Shown one piece after another: positions 34,576 through 45,847 of a stretch of DNA of 61,305 bases. The DNA is from a virus (Duplodnaviria; Caudoviricetes). The translations under genes and the position numbers were made by a program. The stretch's first letter is position 1. Every line of letters begins with the position of its first letter. A model generated the notes under the pieces. That model searched no databases and was not told where the DNA came from. It was given only the letters and a program-made list of their open reading frames with translations. Location: positions 1 through 61,305 of IMG/VR virus record IMGVR_UViG_3300037296_000138; one strand, 5' to 3'.

Positions 34576-37500
34576 TCAATTGAAGAGATTATACCAGGGG
34601 TTAAGTGACGGTGCCCGCTCGAGCATGCTCAGGCCAATGGATCCATCCAAACGACCACCGGCCCAGACCGATGCGAAGTTGTCTGTGATCGGCGAACCAA
34701 TCCCAATATCCGGAGTGACCATCGGGAACAGGAACGTGCTCATCAGGGCGCGCGCTGGGTTATCAATGATCATCCGGCGAGCCACCTTCATCGAGCGGAT
34801 CTTAAATGCCCAGAACCAAGTGGCTCCCATCTTCTCAGCATAGGTCCGGGTCCGGCCTGGCAGCAGGTTAAAGTTCACGAATTCACTGAACACCTCGATC
34901 AGTGCTTCGTCTGCAGTCTTGCCCTTCTTCTGGATCAGGTGATCGTAGTAGATCGCCTTGGCAACGAAGTCGCCATACTGCACCGCTTTAGAGAGACCCT
35001 GGAACAGTGCCGTGTCCTTGGTCAGCAGCAGGTTCTTACCCACCACCTGCACACCGTCAGGCATCTTAGCCACTGCAGCTTCGAGCCAATCCACATACTT
35101 GCCCTGGGTCAGAGCCTCATCCACGTCTGTGACGCCCTCAGAGATGGTAGAGAAGGCACCGGCTTCGATCAGCGGGTGAATGCTCATCCGAGAATTGGCG
35201 TCCTGTAGGGCCGTCTTACGAGCCTCCAGGCGCTTGAGCACATGCGGCAGATTTGTCGACGCAGCAATCTCAGCATCCAGCTCGATGATCTTCTGCACGT
35301 TCTTTAGATATGCGTCGATCTCAACCAGCTTGGTCCGTGTGCCTTTGGCAATAAATACTGGATCCACACCAGAAGCTACCAGCTGCAGGATGTTCGATGC
35401 GGCGTTCATGGCCGGCACGAATACCGAGCGGATCACGATGGTCTGCTTGGCAACCGTCACAGCTGTCTGAACCGTCTTCTCCGCGGTGACCAGATACTTG
35501 AAGGCGTTGGCGCCAAACATGACTGTCGTCGTATCCCGGATAGCAGATGCAACCCGCTCATCCATCCGAGTGTCCCCGGTGAATGCATCAGCCACAGACG
35601 GATCACGGTATCCCACAATGTTGTCGATCATGTCCTTACGGACCATGAACTTACCATCAGGATAGTTTTCCTTGATGTAGTTCTGCATCTCGATCGGAAC
35701 AGCAGCCCAAGAATCACGGTATACAGCGTCCTTCATCTTTGGATTGTTGAGCCAGATATACTCACCCATCCGCTTGTCTTTCTGATCCTTGAGCATGATC
35801 TCAAGGGACCGATCGACCAGCATCTCGTTATACTCTTGTGCCAGCTTCTCCTCGTTTTGACGGCCGGCCCAAGCCCCAATCATTTCGCCCAGATTGGTGT
35901 TCTTGTTCATTGAGACCAGGACGTCGTTATCGACCCCAAACTCATATGCTACAACCACACCACCCTGGCCGAATACTGGCAGCATGGCACCTTCTACGAT
36001 GCCCTGCTTATTTGTCATCTTGATGCGATCATTGAGATGACCGGCTTCCTTGCCGAGGACTGAACCAGCAGTCAGGCTGCCCAACGTGCGGCCAGTCAAA
36101 GGATCAACCCCATTCACCGAAGTCTGCACGGTCTGCATAATCCCCTGGGAATATGTATTCCGGCCGGCCACCGACGAGAAGTAGTAGGACCGCTTGTCCG
36201 CAGCATACGAAGACCCGATCGAGTTATGCGCGCGCAGCTTCGTGTAGCCACGCTGCATCATTGTGCTGTGCTCGGAATCCTTGGCCAGAACCAAGCTGAG
36301 ACCACCCTGGCTCTCCGATGGGATGTGCCCTTTCCAGCCATTCAGCTCGGCTTCCACCGTGTTGATTTTGGCATGCTCTGCAGTGCGCAGGGTATCCAGA
36401 TAGTGAACCATGAACTCGAGGGCTTCGCTCTCGTTCTCGATCAGGTCTGACATCATCTTGCGTTCATTGGTGCTCAACCGATCTAGTGCATAGAGGCTCA
36501 CCAGCTTGTCGATCAGATCCACGATTGTATCGTCGGACAGATCAATAGCCTTCTTCTCGAGCTTCTCGTTCAGCAGCATAGAGATTGCATTGGCATTGCG
36601 CAGCTGGTTCACAGACGAGCCCTTGCCCATCATGTGATCAGCCAGCTCACCACCCTTGCGCTGATACTCCTTGAAGATGGCTGCCGGCACCAATGCCTTC
36701 AGCTTACCTTCCATGCTGGAGATCTCTGTCGCCAGCACTGCAGGGGTCTTGATCATCTTCATGAGCGAGGACACCTGGTAGCCGCGCAGAGCAGCCAGAT
36801 CCGACTGACCCATGGCCTTGAACATCGCTGTCCACTGGCCTTCGGAGACCTTACCCTTGAACTTAGATTTGAAGATCTTAGGCAGCGTTTCCCGGAATGC
36901 CTGACGCACCGCGGAGACCTGAGCCTTCACCTTGTCGACCAGCAGATAGACCGAAGCGTTCTCGTCAGTGATGCCGATGATCTCACCGATCATGTCCCGC
37001 ATAGGCTTCCACATGTTTGAGTCATTGGTCAGGGAGATCACCTCTTTGCCAAGCAGCGCACCGCGCTCCTTGTTCAGCAAAGCGGCTACCAAGCCGGCGC
37101 TCTGATACAAGCTTTTGGTTGCAACATTCTTCGCCGATTGAGCCTTCCGATCAGAGAAGGAACCAACCCACTCGGTAGCCGTTTGCAGGGCCAAGGAAGC
37201 TTTGCCGTCACCGCGGGAGAGCATCTCCTGGCTCTTTGCCAGCACATAGTTCTCCGCCTGGTCCTCAAGTGAGCTCAGCTTCACAGCCAGCTTATCAAGG
37301 GCGGCCGATACATTCTTGTTCTTGGTTCCCTCATCAATGCTCATGCCCAGCGCAGTCATGCCGGAATTTGCAACCGATGTGAGGAAACCATCCACACTTG
37401 TTGTGTCGACGTCCAGTGCTTTCGGCATGTCGATCTTCTCGAGCACCGCGCGCAGCTTCTCGTTGGTCTGGCTCAGAGCCACAAACGATGTCAGCAGGTT

Positions 37501-40500
37501 GGACACACCCTCCTTGTTGGAGCTGTTCTTGTCGAGCAGCGTCAAGGCGTTGAACAGGGTCTGAGCACGGACGTGTTCGTCATCCACCTCAGATGCCTCG
37601 TTCTCCATGAAGACGGTGTAATCCTGGTTCTCCAGGAATTCGTCATAGATCTTCTGGACCCGCAGCATCGACGTGCTGTCGATCTCCAGGTTAGCCTGTA
37701 GGTTGGCCTGGATCATCATGAACGCCTGCTTCTCCTGCATCGTCATAGCGAAACCAGCGGCTGCCAGCCGGTCCACAGTCTCCACAGACTGCTTTAGGTA
37801 GACCTTGGCTTCATCCTTGATGATCGCATCCTTGGATTTCAACCGGCCGGCCAGCTTGGTCCGGTAGTTGAAGATCATCTTGGATAGGCGCTCGTTGTTC
37901 GCTGGATTGAACCCACCTAGGGTCTGGTTCAGCGTCATCGAAGCATCCACCTGCAGGTTACCTTTGCCAATCTTGGTGGAAGCCAGGACGTTGGTGTTGA
38001 ACAGGATGTTCGACCACATGTCCCGCTTTTCGAAGCCCATCAGGCGACGCATCAGCTCTAGGGTTTTACCTACCAGTTGAGCCATAGGATTACGCACCAC
38101 AGTCTTCTCTGTGATGTTGATCAGGTTCTGGTTGGTCAGGGTCCAGGCCATGAATTCGTTCAGCGCCACAGTGGCCTGCTCGTATTCAGTCAGGCTCTCA
38201 TTATCCAAAGCCTCAGCGATTTGGTTCTGCACGTTCCGGATGATGATGCCTTCACGAGGGGAAGCGATCTCTGGATCGAACCGCATGAATTCATCCATCA
38301 GCACTTCGAGCCGGCGCACAGCATCACGATCCTGCTTCGACAGGGTCTCAGGGTTCATATAGTAATTGTAGACTTTGTGCATCGTGGTGGCGTGAACCAA
38401 CTCGTGCAGCACAGTCTCTGCAGAGATATTGGATACCCACATGGTATTCGTGCCCATGTCCATCTGGCCCAGCTCCAGATCTGGATTGCCGGATACCTCA
38501 CGGAGGTCTGCCTTGGAACCAAACACGATCGACATATCCCAGTCGACAGATTTCCGAATTGCTTTCAGCACTTTCTTCTGCTGATCATTCAGGCTCGAGC
38601 CCTCACTCTCAAGCATCTTGAGCAGGGTGGCGCCATCCATTTGGACGATGCTAGTATCCTCAACCTTATTGCCGAATTCCTCGATCAGTTTGGTGAATTT
38701 GGTGCTAGGATTCTGAACCAGAGTTGCCTCTTTGGTCAGCTTACGCAGCTCCTTCTGGTACATGACGTTCATCTCATAGACGAGCTCTTCACCATCAGGC
38801 TTACGGATCCACCGACCCTCATGAGTGTGGGGTGTCTCTGTCGATGCCATGTGATCCACGGAGAAACCCAGCTGCTTCATGACATTCTTGCGAGCCTGGA
38901 TCGACGTAGCATTGTATTTCAGCTCTTCGCCTAGCTCTACGATGAGCTTTTCAAATGCATTCTGACCCAGCTCAACCAGCTCAGCCTCGATAACATCATA
39001 CTTGGCTTGAGCTGTCTGCACAGCATCACTGCCCTTGGTGCCTGTGGTTCCAACCAGAGTAGCCCGGGCAGCCTTTAGACGAACCAAGGTGTCACGCAGC
39101 ATTTCGGTGCCGTCATATTCCTTGAATGTACCGATCAGCGTTTCGATTGCTTGAGCACTCTGGATGTTCTTATGGCCGCCGATACGCAGGAAGGCTTGAA
39201 AGCTATCCGATGCATCCTGAGCAGGGTTGGTCAGCCAGCCCTTCGTCACAGCTTCGTTGATCAGGTATCCGTATTCCTTCATCATGTTGGCGGCCAACTC
39301 GACACCGTCAAACACCGGCAGGGACTTCGCAGGGAAGTTGTCACCAGCGTAAATGTTGTTGATCATCAGGCCGTCACCACGGTTCTGAACCAGGTTAGGC
39401 GAAGCAGCCACACCCGGGTCAGATGGCGCCGCCAGGGACACCTCTTGACGGTACTCACCATTCAGACCCCGGGAGATCGAATACTGGCTGTTCTTCATTT
39501 CAGACAGACCCAGGTGGATCGACTGATCATCGTTCTCAATGATCGGAGCAAACTCCTGCAGGCTCAGCAAGATGCGATCATAGTCAGCCTTGGAGAGGAT
39601 CTCGCTAGGCAGCAGCTTACCAGATTTCCGCTGAGCAGCAGTCTCTTCGTCGATGGCCCGAGCGAACTTCTCGATCAGGACAGCGCCTTGGATCTGCGTA
39701 GCCTGCTGGATCATCTTCGTTGTGCCGATGGTTGCACCCATCATATCATCAATGGCTTCGACCATAGAATTCGTGAATAGGTTCTTCACCAGGCCGCTGA
39801 ACTGGTCTGTTTGATCCTTGTTGAATTGGAAATTCACCACATCGCCCATGTCGGAAATGCTCAAACCCTTCTGGTTCGAGAAGGACTTCCAGGATCCCTC
39901 GACCTTGTAGACCACATTGCTGGTCAGGGTCTGCAAATCCTCCATGATCTCAGGGTAGTTCTCGAATATCGGCAGATCCTTCAGCGTGGCTTTAGGGTTG
40001 GTCACCCGCAGCTCACCAAGGTCAGACATCTGAGCGTAGATCTCACCCATCAAAGCGTCAGCCACGTTGTTGTTGATGCCCTGCGCACCCGAACCATAGA
40101 CCTTGATGGTCAGAGGGTTCTTCAGGATGCCACGGCCAATGATCATCTCATCACCATCGAAGGTGACTTCACCGAATTTCTCCAGGAAGCGGATCATAGC
40201 CTCGTTCACAGGGGCGATCTTTGGATTCTGAGCCAACACATCACGCTGGTTGGTTAGGAGCTCACCGAGCTTTACCGCGGCATGCTGATACAGGTCCGAC
40301 TTGTCGACCGTCTGCACATGTTCGTTGAGGGTCCGGTTCTTCTTGTTGAAGAAGAGGCCGCCCTTGGCCAGCAGCTCCAGTTGATCAGTCGTGAACATTC
40401 CCGCCATAAAGTGAACCATAGCGTTGATGGGGCCGTCGGTCTTACCGTCAGCCTCGATCGAGAGGTTGTGGGCAAACTTGCTCAGAGCCTCACCACCAGT

Positions 40501-43500
40501 GATCTTTGCAGCCTCATATTGAGCCACTGCAATCAGGGAATGTATCGTCTTGTCGCTGGTGTTATTGCCAACCACAGCCTCGATACGAGCGTAGATCGCA
40601 TCAGACATTTCGCCGCCTTCAGCCTGCCACTCTTGGATCGCTGCAATGCCGTCACCGAATTCTTCGTAGATCTTCTCACGAACGGTGGCGATTGCATCGT
40701 CACGATAGACCTTCTCGGTCTTCACCAGACCAGAAGACTGAGCCACAGTCATCCAGAAGTCGCCGGCAGCCTCACCATTTTCATCGGTCATATCCAGGAT
40801 AGCATCCGTGGATACAAAGATCTCCCGAGCATGCTTGCTGTTCTGGGGGCCGAAGCCTTCCATCATCAAGCGACCTACCTTTGAGAAATAGTAGTCGTAG
40901 AATATTTTCACTTCACTGGGATCTTTGCCAGCCATCTCAGCGTGATCCATCAGCGCCTTGTGCTGCAGCATCACGTTGTTGAAGCCCATCTCGTTGGACA
41001 TATTCTTGCCAGTCACCGAGCGCAGATGGTTCTTGTTCATCCGCTTCAGCTTGTCTTCAGTCAGGTCGATCGAACCAAGCAGACGGTTATACCTGCCTTT
41101 GCCCATGGCATCCATCAGAGCAAACATCGGCTGGTTCACACGATACTCAATTGACCGGACGTTGTTCTTCACCTTCTTCTCGAAGGCGCTCAACATGCTG
41201 AATTTGTTCCGCTTCTGGCTCTTGGTATCCTTGTTAGGAATCCGATCGAAGAAGAACCGTGGGTCAGCACCAGGCGTCGCAATCCGGCGGATGATGTCCA
41301 CCCCATTGCCCAGCATCTCAGCGTTCTTCACGTTCTCATCAGTCTGTGGGTTGATCATCGTCAGCTCACCAAAGGTCTTCTTACCGTCGATACGGGAAGG
41401 CATTGGGTAGCGCTCCTCGGTCAGCAGGTTGCCACGCTTCTGCATGACGAAGATCATCTCAGCAGCCACCGAGTGCGCGATGCCCATGGTGTCGCTCATC
41501 GTCACAGAGTCGTCAGCTGTCACACCCCAGAATTCCATGATAATCCGGCCGAGTTCTTCCTTCGCATTGACCACGGACACACCGGAGTTGATCGCGTTGA
41601 TCAGGCTCTCAGTGACCTGGTTCTCTTGGATCCCAAAGGACTTGGCGATGCGCTCTGCGTTCTGGAAGCTCTTGCTGGTGGCGTTGGTTGCCCAATGCAC
41701 AGCAGCCAGTGCAGCCTGTTCAATTAGACGCTGGTCATACATTCCAGTTTCTACGTTGAAGATCTGAGCAGTGCGAAGACGAGTGAGATTACTCTCATCA
41801 CCTTCCTGCTTTAGAATATCACGGACAGTATCTTTGCTTTCGCTATTCCATTTAGCATTCAGCCGCATGTTCATATCTTTGATGATCTGAGGCACATGCT
41901 TATTAATGATGTTTTCAGCGACCTTCTTTGTTTGGTCGTTAATAGTTTCATCTGCAGCCAATAGACCCAAGAAACCAGCAACAGGCTTTACGAAATCTGT
42001 AATAGTAGATTTGGATTTATCCGTCATCTTGAATGCACGGATAAATTTGCTGATCCCATTGGTCTTCACCAGAGGGATCGTTGTCATGTCGATCTCGATG
42101 GAGTCCTGATCAAGCAGCACAGGCTCATAGCCGATTGCCTTGAACGCAGCCTTGTTGGCATCCCGCTCCATTGCAATGGCAGCAGGGTCCATCAGGTTTT
42201 TCGGATAGACTTCACCATTGTTGATCTGACGCACATGCTGGAATTCATGCTCAATGATGAATTCAATATATGTATTCAGACCTGAGTCTTTCATGAACTT
42301 CTTGAAATGCTCAACGTCCATTTGCTCAAATACGACAGCCTTTTGATCGGAAGTGGTTTCACCATTCCCGTCCAAATAAGTCATACCTGCATTGTAATCA
42401 GCTTCAATCTTATCCAGATCTACGCTGATTGTCTGACGGGAAGGGGAATAGGCAGCCATGCTACCTTTCCGAGTTTCCACAACCAGCTTGGTCTTCTTAC
42501 CTTTCAGGCGCTCCTGGAATTTGGCAATCACAGGATTGACCACAGGCTCAGCGGGAGTGGCTTCAGCCTCATCCTTTGCAGCAGTGCGCTTGGCTTTCAG
42601 GTCAGCCTGGAACTGAGCAGCTTCCGCGGCAGCAGCAGCACGACCCTTCTTACCCTTGGCCCGGGGCTTAGCCTTCAGAGCGGCAGCCTCAGCCTCAGCT
42701 TTGGCCTTTGCCTCAGCTTCTGCTTCTGCATCTGCCTTGGCTTTGTCAGCAGCAGCTTTCTCCTCTGCGGCCTTATCATCGGCAGCTTTCTTATCAGCCA
42801 CAGCCTTGTCTGAAGCAGCCTTCTTGGCTTCAGATTCGGCCTTGGTCTTGGCAGCAAATGCAGCAGCGTCAGCAGCCGCCTGTTCAGCATTCTTGTTGGC
42901 GGTGTCGGCCGACGGAGTGGACGAGCCAGGCTTGCCCTGCGTAGCCACCCGATTGATGGAGCTGCTATCCAGCCGGACACCCACGTTGATGACATCGCTC
43001 AGGGGAACCAAATCACCGAGCGGCTTGCCATTCAGATCACCGAACATAGCATTCAGATTGTTATACATGGAGACCAGAGCCATGGCTTCCACGTAGATAC
43101 CCTTGGCCAGTTCGATCGAGCCCGGGCTGTTCTTGTGGACCTGGATCACACCAGCAGATTTGTGATCTTTAGGCAGCATGATACCATCAGGAGACAGGTT
43201 CGAGAACCGGACCTTGTCACCGCTGCGGACAGATTCGTTGATCGCTGCAACCTTGTTCATGTGCGATTGGGCAAACATACCCAGGTGCTCCAGAGAGTCC
43301 TTGGCTGTCACCATTTCGCCGAACCGGTTCTTGATCGGCTTACCTTTGGCAATCAAGGATTGGATAATGTCAGAGTGGAAATCACTGATCGACCGGCCAT
43401 TCACCTTTTTGCCCTTGGAGCTCTTCCGCTCAGAACCTTCAACCATGATCTCGTCACGGACTTCCAGCCAGGTCTTGCTGACCACTGGATCCTTGTTGCT

Positions 43501-45804
43501 GGCTTTGCCGGCAGGAGAATTGTTGATCTTGTCTGCAGCTTCCTGAGAGATCTTCACCTTCAGGTCAGCGACTTTGTTGATCTCACGAGCCAAGTCACCG
43601 GCCAGCTTCAGGTTACGAGCAGCATCATCTGTGAGGGTGATCTTCCCCTGCACACGCTGGTCCATGATGATGTCGATCAAGTATGGGTTCACACCACCCG
43701 GGTTGGCCACAGACATCGACTGGGCTTCACGCACGACGTCAGGAGTAACCTCTGGCAGGTCATCTGGGTCTTGGTTCATCTGAGCTTCTTGCGCAGCCAC
43801 CAGAGCCGAAATGAATTTCGGGTTCTGAGAGATCGCCATGAGCTCTTCTTTGACGTTCAGCATCTTCATCTTGATAGGAGAGTCATCAGGCATAGATGCG
43901 ATTTCTGCCGGCAGATCCGCCACAGCAAATGCAGACAGCTTCATCACTTCGTCAAACAGATAGAGCGCAGCGCTTTGGTTCTCGGCAGGGGACAGCTTAC
44001 CAGCGTCGATAGCATTGACGATGTTACCCATCCGGTTGATCCGGTCAGTTGGCTGAGTTGGGTTACCATCACCCTCATCTTCGATGATCGAGATCTTTGA
44101 CACCGCGGCAGGAATTGCAGCGACTTCATCTTCAGCCATAGTAGTGATCGCCATCAGCTCATTGGAGATCACCTCCTTGCGCGCCTTCAGCTCAGGACTG
44201 TCTGGCTTGATCCCGTTGTCGAGGTCTTCCGACACCTTCGCGCGCAGAGCATCAAACGTATCATTGACGTTAGTCCGCACCGAACGAATACGCTCGGTGG
44301 TAGCCTTATCGCCGACAGTGCTCTGATCATCCCAGCCTTTACGGATGTTCTCCATGCGCTTGTCTACAGCCTGGCCCGCACGCTGTGCTGCAGCCTTGCT
44401 CACGTCGGTCACGATCTCAGCAGCCAGTCCTGAGCCCTGAGTTACGCCTGCCATCCCCAGGCCGCCCACAGCGCCCTCTACGAAGGCTTCACCGACACCA
44501 TCCATTGCAGACCGGCCATCATTGGCATTCTCGATCACAGCACGGTTAGTCGACAGCTCGCCTGTGGCTCCCTGATAGGCTTCCTCGAGGGTCTCACCAG
44601 CGATAGCCTTCAGGGCTCCAGTCTTGGAACCAACAGCGAATGGCGCCGCTTCAAACTTAGACATGGCAGCACCACCCAGCAGGGCGGGGCCGAATTGTTT
44701 AACGGCACCGGACATACCAGTCTCGCCGGCCAACTCGTTACGGGCACCTTCTGGGGTCTCACCGTTCTCGATCAGCTGACGATACCGTGGCGAATTCACG
44801 GCCAGGTCTTCATGGCTCATAGCCAGGATCTCTTGAGCCGCCTGGGTGTAAACCCCGGAGGATTCAGTTCCGGCAATTGCAGCGGCTACCGCGGGGCGCA
44901 CATACTGCTGCTGGGTTGCCACTTTAGCAGCCAGGCTTTGCTCTGCAGTGACCAGTCGGCTACCCATCTTGATAGCAGTCTTCTTGGCTAGATTTGCAGC
45001 GATAGCAGATGGAGCCAATGAACCAAGGCCACCGGCAGCGGTCTGCATGGCATTGCTAGGGTTGTCGATTGTAGAACCAAGCATATCCATCACGCCACGG
45101 CCGAAACCTTCGAACGAGGCTTCCATCTCCGATTTGCCGGATGTCAGGGACTTGTCAGACTCAGTGGTTGCACGGTTCTCGTTGGCATCCAGCGCATCCA
45201 TCAGTTGCTGGCTTTCAGTATTCTGACGGGTGCCTTCGGACTGGCTATCTAGGAACGCACCGCTCACAGCAGCAGTAGCCTTGGCAATCTGGGTGCCGGC
45301 CTTGTCTGACAGGATGCCTACACCAGCTGCAGCGATACCGCCGGCAGAGTTGATTGCCCCACCAACAATAGATGCCGAGGTATCCATTGCCAGATCTTCA
45401 AAGCTGACTTCGGTATTCAGGGTGTCATCAAAATCGCGCTCAGCCTCAAACATACGCCAGTTCTGATCAGCAATCTCTTTGCCATATTTACCGACCAGCT
45501 CAGCATAATTCATTTCGCTCTGGTCACGCACAAACTGAGCACCACCCAGATCATTACCATTCCGCTTTGCAGCAACCACTGTCCGCATGAAATCTGGTTC
45601 AGCAAACATCTTGCGAGCCATCTCAACATCTTGTGCTTGGTTCTGCTGGGGGGTGGGAGCGGGCACATTCACCTTGGCAGCGGCGGCCCGGGCGATAGGG
45701 GAACCATCAGAGAAATCTGACAGATTGACTCCAACCAGCGGCTGCGGTGCAGGTGCAATACCCAGAGCTTTACCAATTTGGTCGAAATCAGATGCGTCAG
45801 ACAT
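34576..45804 (-). CDS. Virion-encapsidated RNA polymerase (N4 gp50-like)
   Basis: About 3,740 aa; SKVGRL, EADGKTDGP (motif A), RGILKNPLTIKVYG (motif B), VFDG (motif C), VQYGDFVAK; no Cys seen on reading. Confidence 0.97.
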   Translation of the reverse strand: MSDASDFDQIGKALGIAPAPQPLVGVNLSDFSDGSPIARAAAAKVNVPAPTPQQNQAQDVEMARKMFAEPDFMRTVVAAKRNGNDLGGAQFVRDQSEMNYAELVGKYGKEIADQNWRMFEAERDFDDTLNTEVSFEDLAMDTSASIVGGAINSAGGIAAAGVGILSDKAGTQIAKATAAVSGAFLDSQSEGTRQNTESQQLMDALDANENRATTESDKSLTSGKSEMEASFEGFGRGVMDMLGSTIDNPSNAMQTAAGGLGSLAPSAIAANLAKKTAIKMGSRLVTAEQSLAAKVATQQQYVRPAVAAAIAGTESSGVYTQAAQEILAMSHEDLAVNSPRYRQLIENGETPEGARNELAGETGMSGAVKQFGPALLGGAAMSKFEAAPFAVGSKTGALKAIAGETLEEAYQGATGELSTNRAVIENANDGRSAMDGVGEAFVEGAVGGLGMAGVTQGSGLAAEIVTDVSKAAAQRAGQAVDKRMENIRKGWDDQSTVGDKATTERIRSVRTNVNDTFDALRAKVSEDLDNGIKPDSPELKARKEVISNELMAITTMAEDEVAAIPAAVSKISIIEDEGDGNPTQPTDRINRMGNIVNAIDAGKLSPAENQSAALYLFDEVMKLSAFAVADLPAEIASMPDDSPIKMKMLNVKEELMAISQNPKFISALVAAQEAQMNQDPDDLPEVTPDVVREAQSMSVANPGGVNPYLIDIIMDQRVQGKITLTDDAARNLKLAGDLAREINKVADLKVKISQEAADKINNSPAGKASNKDPVVSKTWLEVRDEIMVEGSERKSSKGKKVNGRSISDFHSDIIQSLIAKGKPIKNRFGEMVTAKDSLEHLGMFAQSHMNKVAAINESVRSGDKVRFSNLSPDGIMLPKDHKSAGVIQVHKNSPGSIELAKGIYVEAMALVSMYNNLNAMFGDLNGKPLGDLVPLSDVINVGVRLDSSSINRVATQGKPGSSTPSADTANKNAEQAAADAAAFAAKTKAESEAKKAASDKAVADKKAADDKAAEEKAAADKAKADAEAEAEAKAKAEAEAAALKAKPRAKGKKGRAAAAAEAAQFQADLKAKRTAAKDEAEATPAEPVVNPVIAKFQERLKGKKTKLVVETRKGSMAAYSPSRQTISVDLDKIEADYNAGMTYLDGNGETTSDQKAVVFEQMDVEHFKKFMKDSGLNTYIEFIIEHEFQHVRQINNGEVYPKNLMDPAAIAMERDANKAAFKAIGYEPVLLDQDSIEIDMTTIPLVKTNGISKFIRAFKMTDKSKSTITDFVKPVAGFLGLLAADETINDQTKKVAENIINKHVPQIIKDMNMRLNAKWNSESKDTVRDILKQEGDESNLTRLRTAQIFNVETGMYDQRLIEQAALAAVHWATNATSKSFQNAERIAKSFGIQENQVTESLINAINSGVSVVNAKEELGRIIMEFWGVTADDSVTMSDTMGIAHSVAAEMIFVMQKRGNLLTEERYPMPSRIDGKKTFGELTMINPQTDENVKNAEMLGNGVDIIRRIATPGADPRFFFDRIPNKDTKSQKRNKFSMLSAFEKKVKNNVRSIEYRVNQPMFALMDAMGKGRYNRLLGSIDLTEDKLKRMNKNHLRSVTGKNMSNEMGFNNVMLQHKALMDHAEMAGKDPSEVKIFYDYYFSKVGRLMMEGFGPQNSKHAREIFVSTDAILDMTDENGEAAGDFWMTVAQSSGLVKTEKVYRDDAIATVREKIYEEFGDGIAAIQEWQAEGGEMSDAIYARIEAVVGNNTSDKTIHSLIAVAQYEAAKITGGEALSKFAHNLSIEADGKTDGPINAMVHFMAGMFTTDQLELLAKGGLFFNKKNRTLNEHVQTVDKSDLYQHAAVKLGELLTNQRDVLAQNPKIAPVNEAMIRFLEKFGEVTFDGDEMIIGRGILKNPLTIKVYGSGAQGINNNVADALMGEIYAQMSDLGELRVTNPKATLKDLPIFENYPEIMEDLQTLTSNVVYKVEGSWKSFSNQKGLSISDMGDVVNFQFNKDQTDQFSGLVKNLFTNSMVEAIDDMMGATIGTTKMIQQATQIQGAVLIEKFARAIDEETAAQRKSGKLLPSEILSKADYDRILLSLQEFAPIIENDDQSIHLGLSEMKNSQYSISRGLNGEYRQEVSLAAPSDPGVAASPNLVQNRGDGLMINNIYAGDNFPAKSLPVFDGVELAANMMKEYGYLINEAVTKGWLTNPAQDASDSFQAFLRIGGHKNIQSAQAIETLIGTFKEYDGTEMLRDTLVRLKAARATLVGTTGTKGSDAVQTAQAKYDVIEAELVELGQNAFEKLIVELGEELKYNATSIQARKNVMKQLGFSVDHMASTETPHTHEGRWIRKPDGEELVYEMNVMYQKELRKLTKEATLVQNPSTKFTKLIEEFGNKVEDTSIVQMDGATLLKMLESEGSSLNDQQKKVLKAIRKSVDWDMSIVFGSKADLREVSGNPDLELGQMDMGTNTMWVSNISAETVLHELVHATTMHKVYNYYMNPETLSKQDRDAVRRLEVLMDEFMRFDPEIASPREGIIIRNVQNQIAEALDNESLTEYEQATVALNEFMAWTLTNQNLINITEKTVVRNPMAQLVGKTLELMRRLMGFEKRDMWSNILFNTNVLASTKIGKGNLQVDASMTLNQTLGGFNPANNERLSKMIFNYRTKLAGRLKSKDAIIKDEAKVYLKQSVETVDRLAAAGFAMTMQEKQAFMMIQANLQANLEIDSTSMLRVQKIYDEFLENQDYTVFMENEASEVDDEHVRAQTLFNALTLLDKNSSNKEGVSNLLTSFVALSQTNEKLRAVLEKIDMPKALDVDTTSVDGFLTSVANSGMTALGMSIDEGTKNKNVSAALDKLAVKLSSLEDQAENYVLAKSQEMLSRGDGKASLALQTATEWVGSFSDRKAQSAKNVATKSLYQSAGLVAALLNKERGALLGKEVISLTNDSNMWKPMRDMIGEIIGITDENASVYLLVDKVKAQVSAVRQAFRETLPKIFKSKFKGKVSEGQWTAMFKAMGQSDLAALRGYQVSSLMKMIKTPAVLATEISSMEGKLKALVPAAIFKEYQRKGGELADHMMGKGSSVNQLRNANAISMLLNEKLEKKAIDLSDDTIVDLIDKLVSLYALDRLSTNERKMMSDLIENESEALEFMVHYLDTLRTAEHAKINTVEAELNGWKGHIPSESQGGLSLVLAKDSEHSTMMQRGYTKLRAHNSIGSSYAADKRSYYFSSVAGRNTYSQGIMQTVQTSVNGVDPLTGRTLGSLTAGSVLGKEAGHLNDRIKMTNKQGIVEGAMLPVFGQGGVVVAYEFGVDNDVLVSMNKNTNLGEMIGAWAGRQNEEKLAQEYNEMLVDRSLEIMLKDQKDKRMGEYIWLNNPKMKDAVYRDSWAAVPIEMQNYIKENYPDGKFMVRKDMIDNIVGYRDPSVADAFTGDTRMDERVASAIRDTTTVMFGANAFKYLVTAEKTVQTAVTVAKQTIVIRSVFVPAMNAASNILQLVASGVDPVFIAKGTRTKLVEIDAYLKNVQKIIELDAEIAASTNLPHVLKRLEARKTALQDANSRMSIHPLIEAGAFSTISEGVTDVDEALTQGKYVDWLEAAVAKMPDGVQVVGKNLLLTKDTALFQGLSKAVQYGDFVAKAIYYDHLIQKKGKTADEALIEVFSEFVNFNLLPGRTRTYAEKMGATWFWAFKIRSMKVARRMIIDNPARALMSTFLFPMVTPDIGIGSPITDNFASVWAGGRLDGSIGLSMLERAPSLNPWYNLFN

Positions 45805-45825
45805 AGGGGGATTCTCCAAAAGATC

Positions 45826-45847
45826 AGGGGGACACTAAGCCCCCCTG
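45826..45847 (-). terminator. Stem-loop between the gp51-like gene and vRNAP
   Basis: Minus strand CAGGGGG..CCCCCTG followed by ATCTTTT. Confidence 0.5.
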
